Source: Stegostoma tigrinum (lineage: Eukaryota). From it: a DNA stretch of 64,000 bases. The position numbers and the translations under genes were made by a program. This document shows positions 26,844-38,299 of the stretch, one piece after another (within the stretch, counting starts at the first letter, position 1; every line of letters begins with the position of its first letter). A model generated the notes under the pieces. That model was not told the DNA's origin, searched no databases, and worked only from the letters and a program-made list of their open reading frames with translations. Location of the stretch: NCBI RefSeq assembly GCF_030684315.1, contig NC_081370.1, forward strand, positions 10,237,148 to 10,301,147. The letters run 5' to 3'.

Positions 26844-29800
26844 TCCAAAGGTAAGGTACTGCTGTGACCTTTGTGCTGCACAGAAAATACTAAATTTGAA
26901 ATCTTAAAAAGAGGTCAGTTCTAAATAGGATTCCGATTTCTAACACGTCATCATCCAAGTTGCAAGTACGCAATGAAAATGACTGCCACCACCCCTGGAG
27001 GGGGCAGAGTAAGTGTTTCCTTCTCTGACGGAGGGGACTTGACTTTTGTGCAATCTGAAGCTCTTCAAAGGCAATAGTATTAAACAGAAATGCACCCATT
27101 AAGCTGAAAGACCCTTATAATCACAAAATTATTTAAATGAACCTTATACATGGATGACTGTGTTGACAAAAAGTCCTGACACTGAGCTCCCTTGGCATCA
27201 TCATGTAACATTACAAATCAATTTAACTAATAGCCATGATGCACAAACAATGGCCTGGAACCATTCACCTTAGTTGCAAAAATAGCATAATCTTCCAAAA
27301 TCCCAGAATTTACACAAGGATTAGGAGCTGCTCACATTAAGTAGCCATTTGTTTTTTTTATCTGCAGTGCTGCCTTTCTTGGGTGATGGGGAAGTGCCAG
27401 AGTGTTAGGAGAGTTTCTTAGTGCTGCCAATGTGTGCCAAAAGACTAGAGCAACAGTTGTCTGAGTCAGAGCAGTGATGTACAATGTCAAAGTAGAAGCA
27501 TCCCATTAGCCTCCTTGTCAGGGTCCTCCAGTCCTAATGTTAAGAGAATGCTGTTAGTTATGTATGCTACGACAATGATTACATTGCTGAGGAGCTGTTT
27601 GTTTTCAGTTTTGCCCACATGGCCAGTGAAACCATCCCTAGTGGATCCAGGTACAGAAGCAGTTGTCTCTGTGGCTGCTGCACTAGGGGCTTTTATGCGT
27701 ATTGTTGAGGAGCACAAATGTCCACACGCCCAGGACCAGCATCAGATTATAGCTGATGTAAAGTTTACCCCTACTACAGAATTTGTAGCCCTCATTATGC
27801 AGTAAAGATTCAAGGAGTCACAACTGCTTTCCTTTCATGGAATACTGTGCAGATGAGAGAGGAGCTAGAGTTCAAAAGCCCATATTATGCTAACAACAGT
27901 TCTGTAACGAAACATCTTCTTCCACTGGGACTGACAATAGATATAGAGTGGCTCCTCCACATTAGGTTTCTGTGCAGGCCAACGAAAGGAGAAATTATTA
28001 GAGAAACTTAGCAGGTCTGGTAGCATCTGTTAAGAGAAACAGTTAACACTTTGGGTCCAGTGACTCTTCATTAGAACTAGACCTAAAATGTTGACCCACC
28101 TTTCTCTCCCCTTTGTAATCTCACTTACAAATGCAGTTTAATGCTTTGCTCTTTCTGTGTTTAATTAGTTAAGGCTACAAGATGAATTGAAGCCTTCACA
28201 ATGTCCAATTCTACCTCATTCAATTCTGACAAGGGAACATGGTAGTTTGGAACATGGAGTTTCAACAATCACTCACATAGGATTAAAACATTGAGTAATG
28301 GTAAGGGTGGCCAGTGTCTATCGCTTTATTTTTGTAGTGATAGCTAAAATGGCATTCACTCAGTCAGATGGGTGAACATATATTTACAAATGTGATTAAA
28401 GCAGAAATTCTGTTGTCAACATAGCTTTTGTTCTCCCTCTTGTCCCCAGAGTGATTGCCAGACTTGAGTTTCTTTGCTCATCTGTTTATTTCAGGAATTT
28501 GCAAGGGGAACTATACATATCCAAACATGCACAGTTCTATTGATCAATTACATAGTGTTCTGGTAATACTATTCCAGTATTTTGGGATTGGTAGAATTAT
28601 CCAGTTATGTAAGCATACCATATACACCTCATACTACCCAATCACAATTCATCTTATTGACATCATTAACACTTCTTATTTCACATAAGGTGCTAAATTA
28701 ATTATTAATCTCTTTCATGCCAGCTAGACATTGAAAACATACAGGTAGTAACCAGTTTCTTAGTGCCGGTATTTGAACTGTTTCTGAACCTTGATGTATT
28801 TTCTCCTTTCAGTGATGGTGTATTGAAAATGAAATGTCACTCATCCTGTCAATGTGCCCTCAGAAGGTTGCCTTCTTTCTTTTCCTCTAACAATGCCCAA
28901 ATGCAAGGTTGGACTATGCAACTGGGTGGAAGGACTCCTACAGTGGATTCTTTTGGCTTTTGAGTTCTGAGAGTTTGTAACTAGAGCCCAAATGTGCAGA
29001 GTGTGTCCTGCCTGGATGCAGATTACCTTCCTTGGGTTTGAACTCCCATAGTGGGGGTGGAAATGGAAAGCCTAGCCGCCTCTGGAGTAGACTTTCAGAG
29101 GCCTGTATCATCCAGCTGGGTGCTTACTGGCACCAGCTAGTCTGCTTGCGAGGAAGGGGAACCCAGAGTAAAGTTCCCTCGGCCCCACCACTTTGTTGTG
29201 CTGTACTGCCAAGCAATTATTTAAGAAATTCCTTTTTAAAAGTTCTTAAAATACACAGAAGGGTTTAAAACAAAATAGGGGAGTTGTGACTCCTGTTCAC
29301 TTATTTGTAACCCAGGTGACTTCTCTAGTTTGAGGATTGCCAGTCTTTATGATCTTATTGTGTCAGTACACTTCCTTCACCACTGTCACATGCAGGCTCC
29401 AGCTTGAGACTTGAAGACCTTCAAATCCTGAGGGATGCACGACTCTGCCAGTGATTCAATATTCTAAGGCATGGTACTTTGTTTGGAAAGCCTCTGTGTT
29501 ACCGAATGAGTCAAAACCAGACCTGGGTCACATGTAAACTGTATAAACCATGTTGTATTGGCTGCAGAAGAGGGGATTCCCTAGGGATTGGACAGTATGT
29601 GAGAAACTGCCTCTTCAACTTCAGGTTCTTTCTTTCATGAAGATAGGATAACAAGACTGCCTTACCTGCTTTAACCTCTTAATTTACCTACTGATAATGT
29701 AGGAACAGTGCCAGAAAGCAGCCAAGGTCATCCACTTCAGTAGGTCTCAGGCAGCTAGTAATGGCCGTGTGGGTAACAGAATTCAAATTAGCAAAAGAGG

Positions 29801-30559
29801 CCATTCTGAGATTCAAAGGGTATATTCAACATTGAACAGCACAAGCCATGATTAGGTCTTTGCAGTATTGTTTGTTCTGCTACCGCTCCCCACCACCCCC
29901 CCTAACCCCTTTAGGGTTGGTCACCTTGTTTAGATCTTGTTCTGACAGCCACCTTCTCCTTAACTTATGTGATGTGATGTTTGAACTTTAGGGTACAATT
30001 TACCATCACTGCATCATATAGGTATGTTCTCACTACATCTTTCGTCTTGAGATGGAAATAGTCGTTTGTGTCTTTCCACATTGGCCCACAGATGATACAT
30101 CACATAATAATGTATTGCCAAGACAATTCTGCACTCTCTCTCAAAAGATTGGTCCTGAGATATTACTTTATAAATACATCCTCTAACTATTTTTCTTCTA
30201 TCCTATGTTGCTACTGCCTCATCATTTACTAATAAAGTGGCAACATCCTGTTGTCTGGATGTGGAAACAGAAGCTCAGTCGGAGGAGGAGACACTGGAAG
30301 ATATTGAGCTGTATCAGTTGGGAGCCCCTACATGTTCTTGTATCTCAATGAGGAGTGGTACTTCAGGATTTTTAGTAAGGAAATTGTCAGGGAGCTATAC
30401 AATCTTACAACTCATTTGAGCACTGAGTACAACTGACAAGAAAAATCACAATGAAATCATGTATCCATACCATTTAAGGAGACAACATTGAGACACAGCG
30501 AGCGTCAGCTTGTTTGCTGACCAGTGGTATAGTTGATAGACACACAAACCTGGTTTAAT

Positions 30560-31050
30560 AAGGTGAACTAATATATCTGAAATCATAGATGGAAGTATTT
30601 TTTGACCTTGTGTTCCTTTGGAAAGAATACTCATTGCATGAAGGGAGAAGAGTAATATTCCAGAAAACACATCAAAAATGTTTTTGACTAGAGCATAAAA
30701 ATAAAAAAAAAATGCCAGACCCTCATTGCTGACATGCCTCATCTACCCTAAGGCAAGTTACCATCCCACGAATGTTTAAAGGAGGGCAATGATTGTATTG
30801 TTGATTTAGGGAATCATGGCTACCTATGGTTGCCAAGATCGAAGATGCTATCAAGTGCACTTTTCAGTGCAATTGAGCAGCATTATAAGAAAGCTCTTAT
30901 GTACATGAAAGTACAATAGAAAGCATCTTTGGAATGCTGAAGCAGGGACTACTTAGTTGGACAATTCCAAAGGGATACTTTAGTATAAGCATTTAGGAGA
31001 TTTCTAGAATAATTGCAATATGTAGTGTGAAGCACAATAATAATTTGTAG
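30560..31050 (+). mobile_element. PIF/Harbinger transposase relic
   Basis: Fragmentary IESIFGMLKQ...ISRIIAICSVKHN and LGNHGY, resembling Harbinger IERxFGxLKxRF...IxACCxLHN and LLGDSGY. Confidence 0.5.
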
Positions 31051-31450
31051 TTGGCTGTTAAACACTTTTTTCTTGCAAAACTGTTATTTCTGATGTGGAT
31101 AATTCATAGTTAGTTGTTAAACACTGTATCTTCATGCAAAAATGTTGTTTCTGATACCCTTCATGAGTGAAATCAGTAAACCTGAGATCTCTGTTTGAGT
31201 TTTATCCCTATGCTAAGTATGAAGAATTTCCTATCTTGACATAGAACAATAAAATCCTTTCAATATGAAGGTCTATGTAGTCTTTCGAATCCATACCGTC
31301 CTTGGTTTTGGTTTTTCAGTAACATCAGAAGATATTGGGGTTTCAGAAGAATTGGAAGCTTCAGTGAATGTCTCTTGGATCCTACTCTATCTGAATTTAT
31401 TCTTGATGTTTTTCCTCCTGAAATGGAGAAGTGCATGTGAAAATCTTCAT

Positions 31451-31583
31451 TTCCAAAGAAGGATCTAGGCCCGAAACGTTAGTAGCCTTCCTGCTCCTCT
31501 GATGCTGCTTGGCCTGCTGTGTTCATTCAGCGCTACACCTTGTTATCTCAGATTCTCCAGCATCTGCAGTTCCTGCTATCTCT
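31451..31583 (+). mobile_element. Single Penelope-terminus copy
   Basis: ...TCTAGGCCCGAAACGTTAGTAGCCTTCCTGCTCC... followed by the family body. Confidence 0.8.
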
Positions 31584-31832
31584 GAATCTCCTTTTTGTGT
31601 TTCTGGGATGTTCCTTTATTGGAGCAGTTAACTAACAATTACTGTATCTGGATTTTAACTACAGCTTTTAAATAAATTGTGTTTTGCTTAACATCAAATA
31701 GCTTGATCAATGGTATTGCATCTGCGACACATTACATTTGCCTTCTAAATAAGAAAAAGTTACGGTCTAGCCTACCTTCTTTAAATATTTTTGAAGGGGT
31801 CTGATCTGGTCCATAACAAGGTTGCTTCAATA

Positions 31833-32143
31833 TGGGCAGCATGGTGGCTCAGTGGTTAGTACTGCAGCCTCACAGCGCCAAGTACCCGGGCTCGATTCCC
31901 ACCTCCGGGCGACTGTCTGTGTGGAGTTTGCACATTCTCCCCGTGTCTGCGTGGGTTTTCTCTGGGTGCTCCGGTTTCCTCTCTCAGTCCAAAGATGTGT
32001 AGGTTAGGTGGATTGGACATTGCTAAATTGCCCGTAGTGTTCAGGGGTGTGTGGGTTATGGGGGTTGGGTCTGGGTGGGATGCTTCATGAGTCGGTGTGG
32101 GCTTGTTGGGCCGAGGGGCCTGTTTCCACACTGTAGGGATTCT
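31833..32143 (+). mobile_element. HE1-like V-SINE
   Basis: GGTGGCTCAGTGG A box, GGCTCGATTCCC B box, tail GGCCTGTTTCCACACTGTAGGGATTCT. Confidence 0.9.
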
Positions 32144-32318
32144 AATCACTGCAGGGAATCTAATCAATATCAGATTTTCTGAACAAATGTTGGGGAGACA
32201 TTCTTAGGTGAGAAGGCAGTTCTGATGGATACCACTATTTCATTTAAAGAGAGGACATTATTATATGAAAGAAACAGTAGAGATCAACTAAAAGGTCAAA
32301 ACACTGATGTCACCCTTG

Positions 32319-32448
32319 GAGACAGCAAGAACTGCAGATGCTGGAGGCTTCAGCCCATCCTGATGAAGGATCATGAGCTGAAACGTCAACTTTCCTGCTC
32401 TTCCGATGCTGCCTGACCTGCTGTGTTCCTCCAGCTCCACACTGTATT
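32319..32448. mobile_element. Penelope-terminus copy with short inverted piece
   Basis: CTGATGAAGGATCATGAGCTGAAACGTC at 32360-32387 plus the family body. Confidence 0.75.
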
Positions 32449-32613
32449 AACTATGTCATCCTTCCTGTACTTTTCCTCCACTGATATTATGTTTCTTTCT
32501 ATATTATGACCCCATCCTGTGGACAGAACTGCTAGAGTTGATTTACCATGTTCTCTAAGACAGTCTTCACAACTTTCCTTAAATGACAGGCAAACAGGCA
32601 TTCCCTACAATAT

Positions 32614-32814
32614 GAGACAACAAGGTGTAGAGCTAGATGAACACAGCAGGACAAGCAGAATCAGAGAAGCAGGAAAGCTGACATTTCAGGTCTAGAGCCC
32701 ATTTCTGAAGAAAGGTCTAGACCTGAAAAGTCAGCTTTCCAGTTCCTCTGATGTTGCTTGGCTCTACACCTTGCTGTCTCAGATTCTCCAGCATCGGCAG
32801 TTCCTACTATCTCT
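32614..32814. mobile_element. Penelope-terminus fold-back mini-element (diverged)
   Basis: Inverted arms; CTGAAGA-A-AGGTCTAGACCT-GAAAAGTC on the + strand. Imperfect flanking direct repeat CAT.CCCTAC.ATAT. Confidence 0.8.
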
Positions 32815-33298
32815 AACAATTTCATCCCCTACGATATATTCACTTTATCATTAGGTTAAGCAATACTTATGTGACTGGCCTTGCTGTCTGATGACATATT
32901 TCACAGTTTTTTAAATCAATCTTTATTACTTGACAATGTCAGATCAAATCTAATGGCAGGAAGAACTTTTCAGATTTGACCCGATGGTCCTTGTAACAAA
33001 GCTATTGGCTTTTCCTTGGTGCACATTCTTTGGGGCTCCACCATTTTCTACAGCAGCTTTACAACATAGATAAAATAACAAGAAGGAATCATTAAAGCAG
33101 TAATTGACAATGTGCACCAGGTAGATATCATTTGTGATTAAACAACTTTTCCGTGTGAGTACTATCAAGGGCAAATTTCTAATTAGCACAACTTTCCTTC
33201 AATTTTTCTTTGTTTTCTAACTTTACAGCTGAACAAAAGTGGAAGTTAAAAGATACATTACATAATTACTACAATTCTCATTTTATTTCTCTTCCCAG

Positions 33299-33351
33299 CC
33301 TTTGTAGAAATGGAAAAGTTGATTGCTCTGACAAATATTTTACCCCTGAAG
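33299..33351 (+). CDS. MUC6: Mucin-6-like exon 4 (E module)
   Basis: ttcccAG / GTATGA. (C)LCRNGKVDCSDKYFTPE, a CxCxNGxxxC motif. Phase 2 to 1 fits both neighbours. Confidence 0.88.
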
Positions 33352-33638
33352 GTATGAATCATTTCATTTGAATTACTCTAAAATCAGATGAGTATATGAA
33401 ATACACAATATGAAAGTAATCTACCTGTTGTATCTTGCATCTAAATTTTGAATTTTAACTCCTCTCTCAATATCTAATCCAAAGTGCTTGAAATATGGCA
33501 ATCCTGATTGTTGATGGAGTAACACTAATAATTTTAAACTGAAATGAGTCATTAGCCATTTTAATGTATTAATTTGACTTGCTATGAGATATCATTGTAC
33601 GTATTTTAGTAACATAAATGTTAAATATATTTCCGTAG

Positions 33639-33748
33639 AAATGTGTCAGCATCCTAAGATTTACTTCAATTGTGCAAATGCAAAAAATGGTGAATATGGA
33701 GCAGCTTACCAACCAACATGCCAGATGCATGCTACAGAAACGCTTTGT
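33639..33748 (+). CDS. MUC6: Mucin-6-like exon 5 (TIL' N-terminal half)
   Basis: ccgtAG / GTGAGT. MCQHPKIYFNCANAKNGEYGAAYQPTCQMHATETLC, resembling MUC6 CQAPKTFKSC...FGAACAPTCQMLATGVAC. Phase 1 to 0. Confidence 0.9.
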
Positions 33749-35504
33749 GTGAGTAAAATGTAGTATAGAACTTTAGGGCTTATTCTGAAAAAAATAAAGA
33801 AAAAGAGCCAAATCACAAAAACAGATTATCTGGTCATTATTACAGTGCTGTTTATGGAAATTTGCTGTGATGAATTGCTATATGTCTTTTCTACATGACA
33901 ACAGTCCAAAATGATGTCATCATTTGAGAGTGAACTCAGGTCTTGAACTGTGACTGTTCTAAAAAAATGTAAAAATGTTCTGTAATTTCTTTTCTCCCTT
34001 AATCCATATTTTATTCTTGTAGCTTTGATCACAATAACAAGGTTAGTACTAAAACAGCTACTCTTCTGCTGGAGATGAAAATGCTGAAGATACTCATAAA
34101 GATAAAAATTCAGCCTAATATTTAGAGTAGATACTATATAAGATCATTGTTCCATTGCTAATTTCTTATTAATATCCTCTTTAGTTTAGACTTATTCTTT
34201 CTTAAGTACTGACCAAAAAAACTTTGTCTTACTTACATTAAACAAGCCCCTTATCTGATCGTGATATAAGGAGCAATCTACAATCCATGCTAATATATTT
34301 CCCCTGATCCATGAACTGTAATTTTGTATAACTCCTTGTCTGGTATCTTAAGAAACCATTTTTTGAAATTGCAAAATGCACCTTTGTCTACACAAGAAAT
34401 TACAACCTCAAAAATCTTTAACAATTACATTAATGGCAACATCCCCATCACAAATTTGTTTCAAATCTGCCTGTTCATAAAATGCTGTTCCATGTGTTCT
34501 ATTATCATATCTCTGTTAATAAATTCCCGCATTTCTTAACGGCTGGTATCAGGCTGACAAGCCTAGAGTTTCTGCTTTCTTTCCCCTCTTTCTTGAATAG
34601 AAGAGTTACATTTGCTATCTTCTAATTCATGGGGTTGTCCTGGAATCATAGGAAAACTGGAAGATCAAATCCAGTGTATCCACAATTTCTGTAACCAGCT
34701 TCTTTAAAGTCCAAGAATTGTTCAAAACCTTTGGCCATCAAGTTTGGGGAATTTGTCAGCTTTTAGTTTAATCCACTTCTCTAGTACTGTTCCTTTGTTC
34801 GTACTAATTTCTCTTAAATTCTTCAATCTCATTATATACTTAGTTATTTACTGTTTCTAGAATATGTTTTGACCACTGCAAAGTGTGTACCCTGTCTCTG
34901 ACATTTTCTTATTTATTATAATTTTTTTCTGTCTCTGCCTACAAGGAATGCATGTTCACTTTTCCTCATTGCTTCCTTTTTACATGTCTTTGGAAACTTT
35001 TTCTTATTTTTTATTTGCTATTTTTCTTGCTTTTTAGCTCTCACTTTCTATTTTCTTCTGTTTCAAAATTTCTTGTCATTTTTACTGAATTCTAAGTACT
35101 CCCAGTCCTCAAACTTGTGCACCCTTATGGCAGTATTGCAAGTACTTTAATCTAATACGATCATTAACATCCCTTATGTAAACCAAAGAACTGTGGATGC
35201 TGAAAACCTGAAACAAAAAACAGAAATTTCTGGAGAAAGTTCAGCAGATCTTGCAGCCGCTGTGGAGAGGAAGCAGAGTTTCAGGCCGGGTGATCCTTCA
35301 GTTTTTAATATCTCTTGCCAGTCACAGTTGCTCTTCTTTCAAAGTGTGATTTTATTCCTTATGAAAGTTTAGTTGTTATGAATTAAATGTTTGAATGTTT
35401 CTTTTAGTTTCTTAGGTAACCTTTGCTATCTTGTCCTTCCCATCTGCAGAGTTTGCTTTGTTCAGATTTAAAACTCTGGTTAAAGAATTAATTAAATGAC
35501 CTTC

Positions 35505-35700
35505 AAAAGCAAAAACAGAAATTGCTTGAAAAGTTCAGCAGGTCTGGCAGCATCTGTGAAAAGAAATCAGAGTTACTGAGTCACTGGACCAAAAATATTA
35601 ATTCTGATTTCTCTTCATAGATGCTGTCAGGCCTGATGGGTTTTTCTAGCATTTTTTGTTACTGCTTTTGTTTCTGATTTACAGCAGTTCTTGTGGTTTA
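35505..35700. mobile_element. Second Penelope-terminus-like family, fold-back copy (relatives near 7560-7700, 27980-28110, 35180-35300, 42660-42790, 45740-45840)
   Basis: Shared body ACAGATGCTGCCAG.CCTG.TGAGCTTTTCCAG; inverted arrangement here. Confidence 0.65.
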
Positions 35701-35834
35701 TAAATAACTTGCAAATTTAAAATAAAATTCGATCAGGTTATTTTCACTTCTTTCCGAGAAACTCCTTTACTAGATTGCCATTACAACGATACTGTTTTGT
35801 TATGCAACACTAAATCTAAAGGAACCTGTTTCCC

Positions 35835-36058
35835 AGATAACAAAGTGTGGGGCTGGATGAACAGAGCAGGCCGAGCAGCATTTTAGGAGCAGAAAAGCTG
35901 ACGTTTCGGGCCTAGGCCCTTCATCAGAAAATGATGAAGCATCTCGGCCTGAAACGTCAGCTTTTGTGCTCCTAAGATGCTGCTGGGCCTGCTCTGTTCA
36001 TCCAGCCCCACACTTTGTTACCTTGGATTCTCCAGCATCTGCAGTTCCCATTATCTCT
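35835..36058. mobile_element. Penelope-terminus fold-back mini-element
   Basis: Inverted arms, intact hammerhead core on the - strand. TSD GAACCTGTTTCCC at 35822-35834 and 36059-36071. Confidence 0.9.
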
Positions 36059-36899
36059 GAACCTGTTTCCCGTTTGGCTACTTTAAATACTTATACAGAA
36101 GATTATTTTAAATTCATTCGATGAACTCATCCTGCATACTATTATTGTAAATTTGGTTTGCCTGGCCCATATGAAAACGGCATAGGGCATATAAATTATT
36201 CATTCCAGTACTTCAACCCTTCGTTGCTTACAGGCCAATTTGATTGTAACTTTTAAGTTCCATAACTAGCATCATTTCCACTTACTAGCTTTGATCTATC
36301 TTGTATAATCAGGAAGTCTTCGCCCTCTTTCCCTAGTGTTGGTGCCAGGAAATAAAATTTCCCTGCCTCCCAGTATCACTCTTGCAATCACATATTTGAC
36401 CTAATAATATTACATGTTATGTTTTTGGGTTTCTGCTTCTACTTTTATCTCTGCCATGCCCTTGTTTTTTGTTGCTGTTGCTGTGCTCTTGATCTAGTGC
36501 TGTTCCTTTTTACCTACCAACGTCTTGGCTCTCCACTCATTTCTGTCTATGTTCTCCAGGCCAAGGCTTTCTGCCAGTCTCATTGATCTCACATACCTCA
36601 TTTATTATTTTTATTCCAGCTGTGTTATTTGTTTAATATATTCATGCTGTTTGTTTGTCTCCCATCACCTTTATTGTGCTCTCAGACATCAGCCACTACT
36701 AGTCTTATCCTTGTAGTGCTGTCAGGTCTTTAGCAGTAATGCTTTTAGGTATCTGCTGCTGTCTTCTGTGCATCAGTCCCTGTGTTTTTTTAAAGTGGTC
36801 TTTGCTCATCCCTAATGCCAATATGTGGATTCCTACATTATCACATTTTTCAATTAAATGCACTTGATTCTGATTGTCAATTCACTTCTTCTTCATTAG

Positions 36900-37051
36900 T
36901 TAGCAACCAAATGTATTTCCGGCTGTATATGTCCATACGGAATGGTATTGAATGAGAGAGAGCAATGTGTCTATCTTCAAGACTGCTCTTGTGAATTCAG
37001 TGGTGTGTACTATCATCCCCGTGAGACAATAGTGAAAGAATGCCAGAAATG
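36900..37051 (+). CDS. MUC6: Mucin-6-like exon 6 (TIL'/E')
   Basis: cattAG / GTAAGG. LATKCISGCICPYGMVLNEREQCVYLQDCSCEFSGVYYHPRETIVKECQK(C). Phase 0 to 2. Confidence 0.9.
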
Positions 37052-37273
37052 GTAAGGACCTATACATTGTACTTAAGTAATGTAAAACTGCTGTCTTAAG
37101 TGACTACTATAATAAGTGCGTTAGTTTCACTAGCAACATAGTGTTCTCCTGAATTGATGTTTCTTTTAACTTGCTGTTAAATACACAACAATATTTAAAA
37201 TTGCTTCAAAGATTCACTTGAGTGGCCAAAATTACTTGGGCTTGGAGTGGAAAATAGATATACTGAATTTTAT

Positions 37274-37487
37274 AGATAACAAAGTGTGAAGTTGGATGAA
37301 CACAGCAGGCCAAGCAGCATCTCAGGACTGAGATGCTGCTTGGCCAGCTGTGTAGCTTTTGTGCTCCTGAAATGCTGCTTGGCCTGCTGTGTAGCTTTTG
37401 TGCTCCTGAGATGCTGCTTGGCCTGCTGTGTTCATCCAGCTTCACACTTTGTTATCTTGGATTCTCCAGCATCTGCAGTTTCCCCTA
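37274..37487. mobile_element. Penelope-terminus fold-back mini-element with internal 39-bp tandem units
   Basis: Inverted arms; units AGCTTTTGTGCTCCTGA.ATGCTGCTTGGCCTGCTGTGT start at 37354 and 37393. TSD ATACTGAATTTT at 37260-37271 and 37488-37499. Confidence 0.88.
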
Positions 37488-38299
37488 ATACTGAATTTTT
37501 TCTTTTGGCCAACAGTTATTGAGGATTTTTATTGCCACACTTCCTTCAGACACATTTTCTTACTTCTGTTATTGTGCCCTTTGACAAAGTTACATTTGTG
37601 TTTTTGAGATCTTTCCTACCTGTGTACCCATAATCTCTCCCATCTGGAATAACAAGATGCATGGAAGTCCTCCAAGCCGTTCACCATCCTAACTTGGAAA
37701 TGTATTCTTCTTCAGTGTCAAGGATTCAAAAGCTTGGAAGTCCCCTCCTATAGCACTTTCCTAACACCCCAAAGACTGCCACAGTTCACACCCTCATCAG
37801 TACCGTCTCAGGGCAGTTAGTGAATGGGCAAGGGTGCTACCTAGCCAGTGCTGCCAACATCCTATGAGTTCATAAAACAAGAAGTGGAGCTTTATGAGAG
37901 TCTGCTGATGAAGCAATCTGCTCCCTGTGTCATGTGGTATGAATTGTTATTCTCTTTGATATTCCTGCAATTCTGTCCTGATGCAAAGTTTTTTGAAGAG
38001 AAAAGTTTCAAAAGGATGTTTCAAAATATATCTGTCCTCATTCTAATGTAGTGGGTTCATTTTGTCACAAGAATTGAGGCCATCTGATCAGCTGCTTTTT
38101 GGCTTCCATGCTTTTCCCTCTCCCACTGAATCAGACTTTCTCTAAAATTCTCTCTTGTGTTGGCCCTGAAGTTGTATCTTTCTGTACTTTCTGTCATGGC
38201 TCCCATCCTGACTTTTTCAAGGTCATCCTATCCACGTGAACAATTCCTGATATTCTAGCTCTGTTCACTCCAAAGGATTAACCACCCGATTAGCTGATG

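Larger units (their letters stand above)
34290..36350 (-). mobile_element. Old CR1 relic hosting several Penelope-terminus insertions
   Basis: Patchy similarity to the minus-strand CR1 at 7870-9400. Confidence 0.55.

Noticed and set aside
36896-36903. Second AG (TTAGTTAG) as an alternative acceptor for exon 6
   Set aside because: It shifts the start by 4 nt and breaks the frame; there is no evidence of use.
37328-37432. 39-bp repeats as a CRISPR-like array
   Set aside because: There are no unique spacers, the context is eukaryotic, and the units are pieces of the Penelope terminus.
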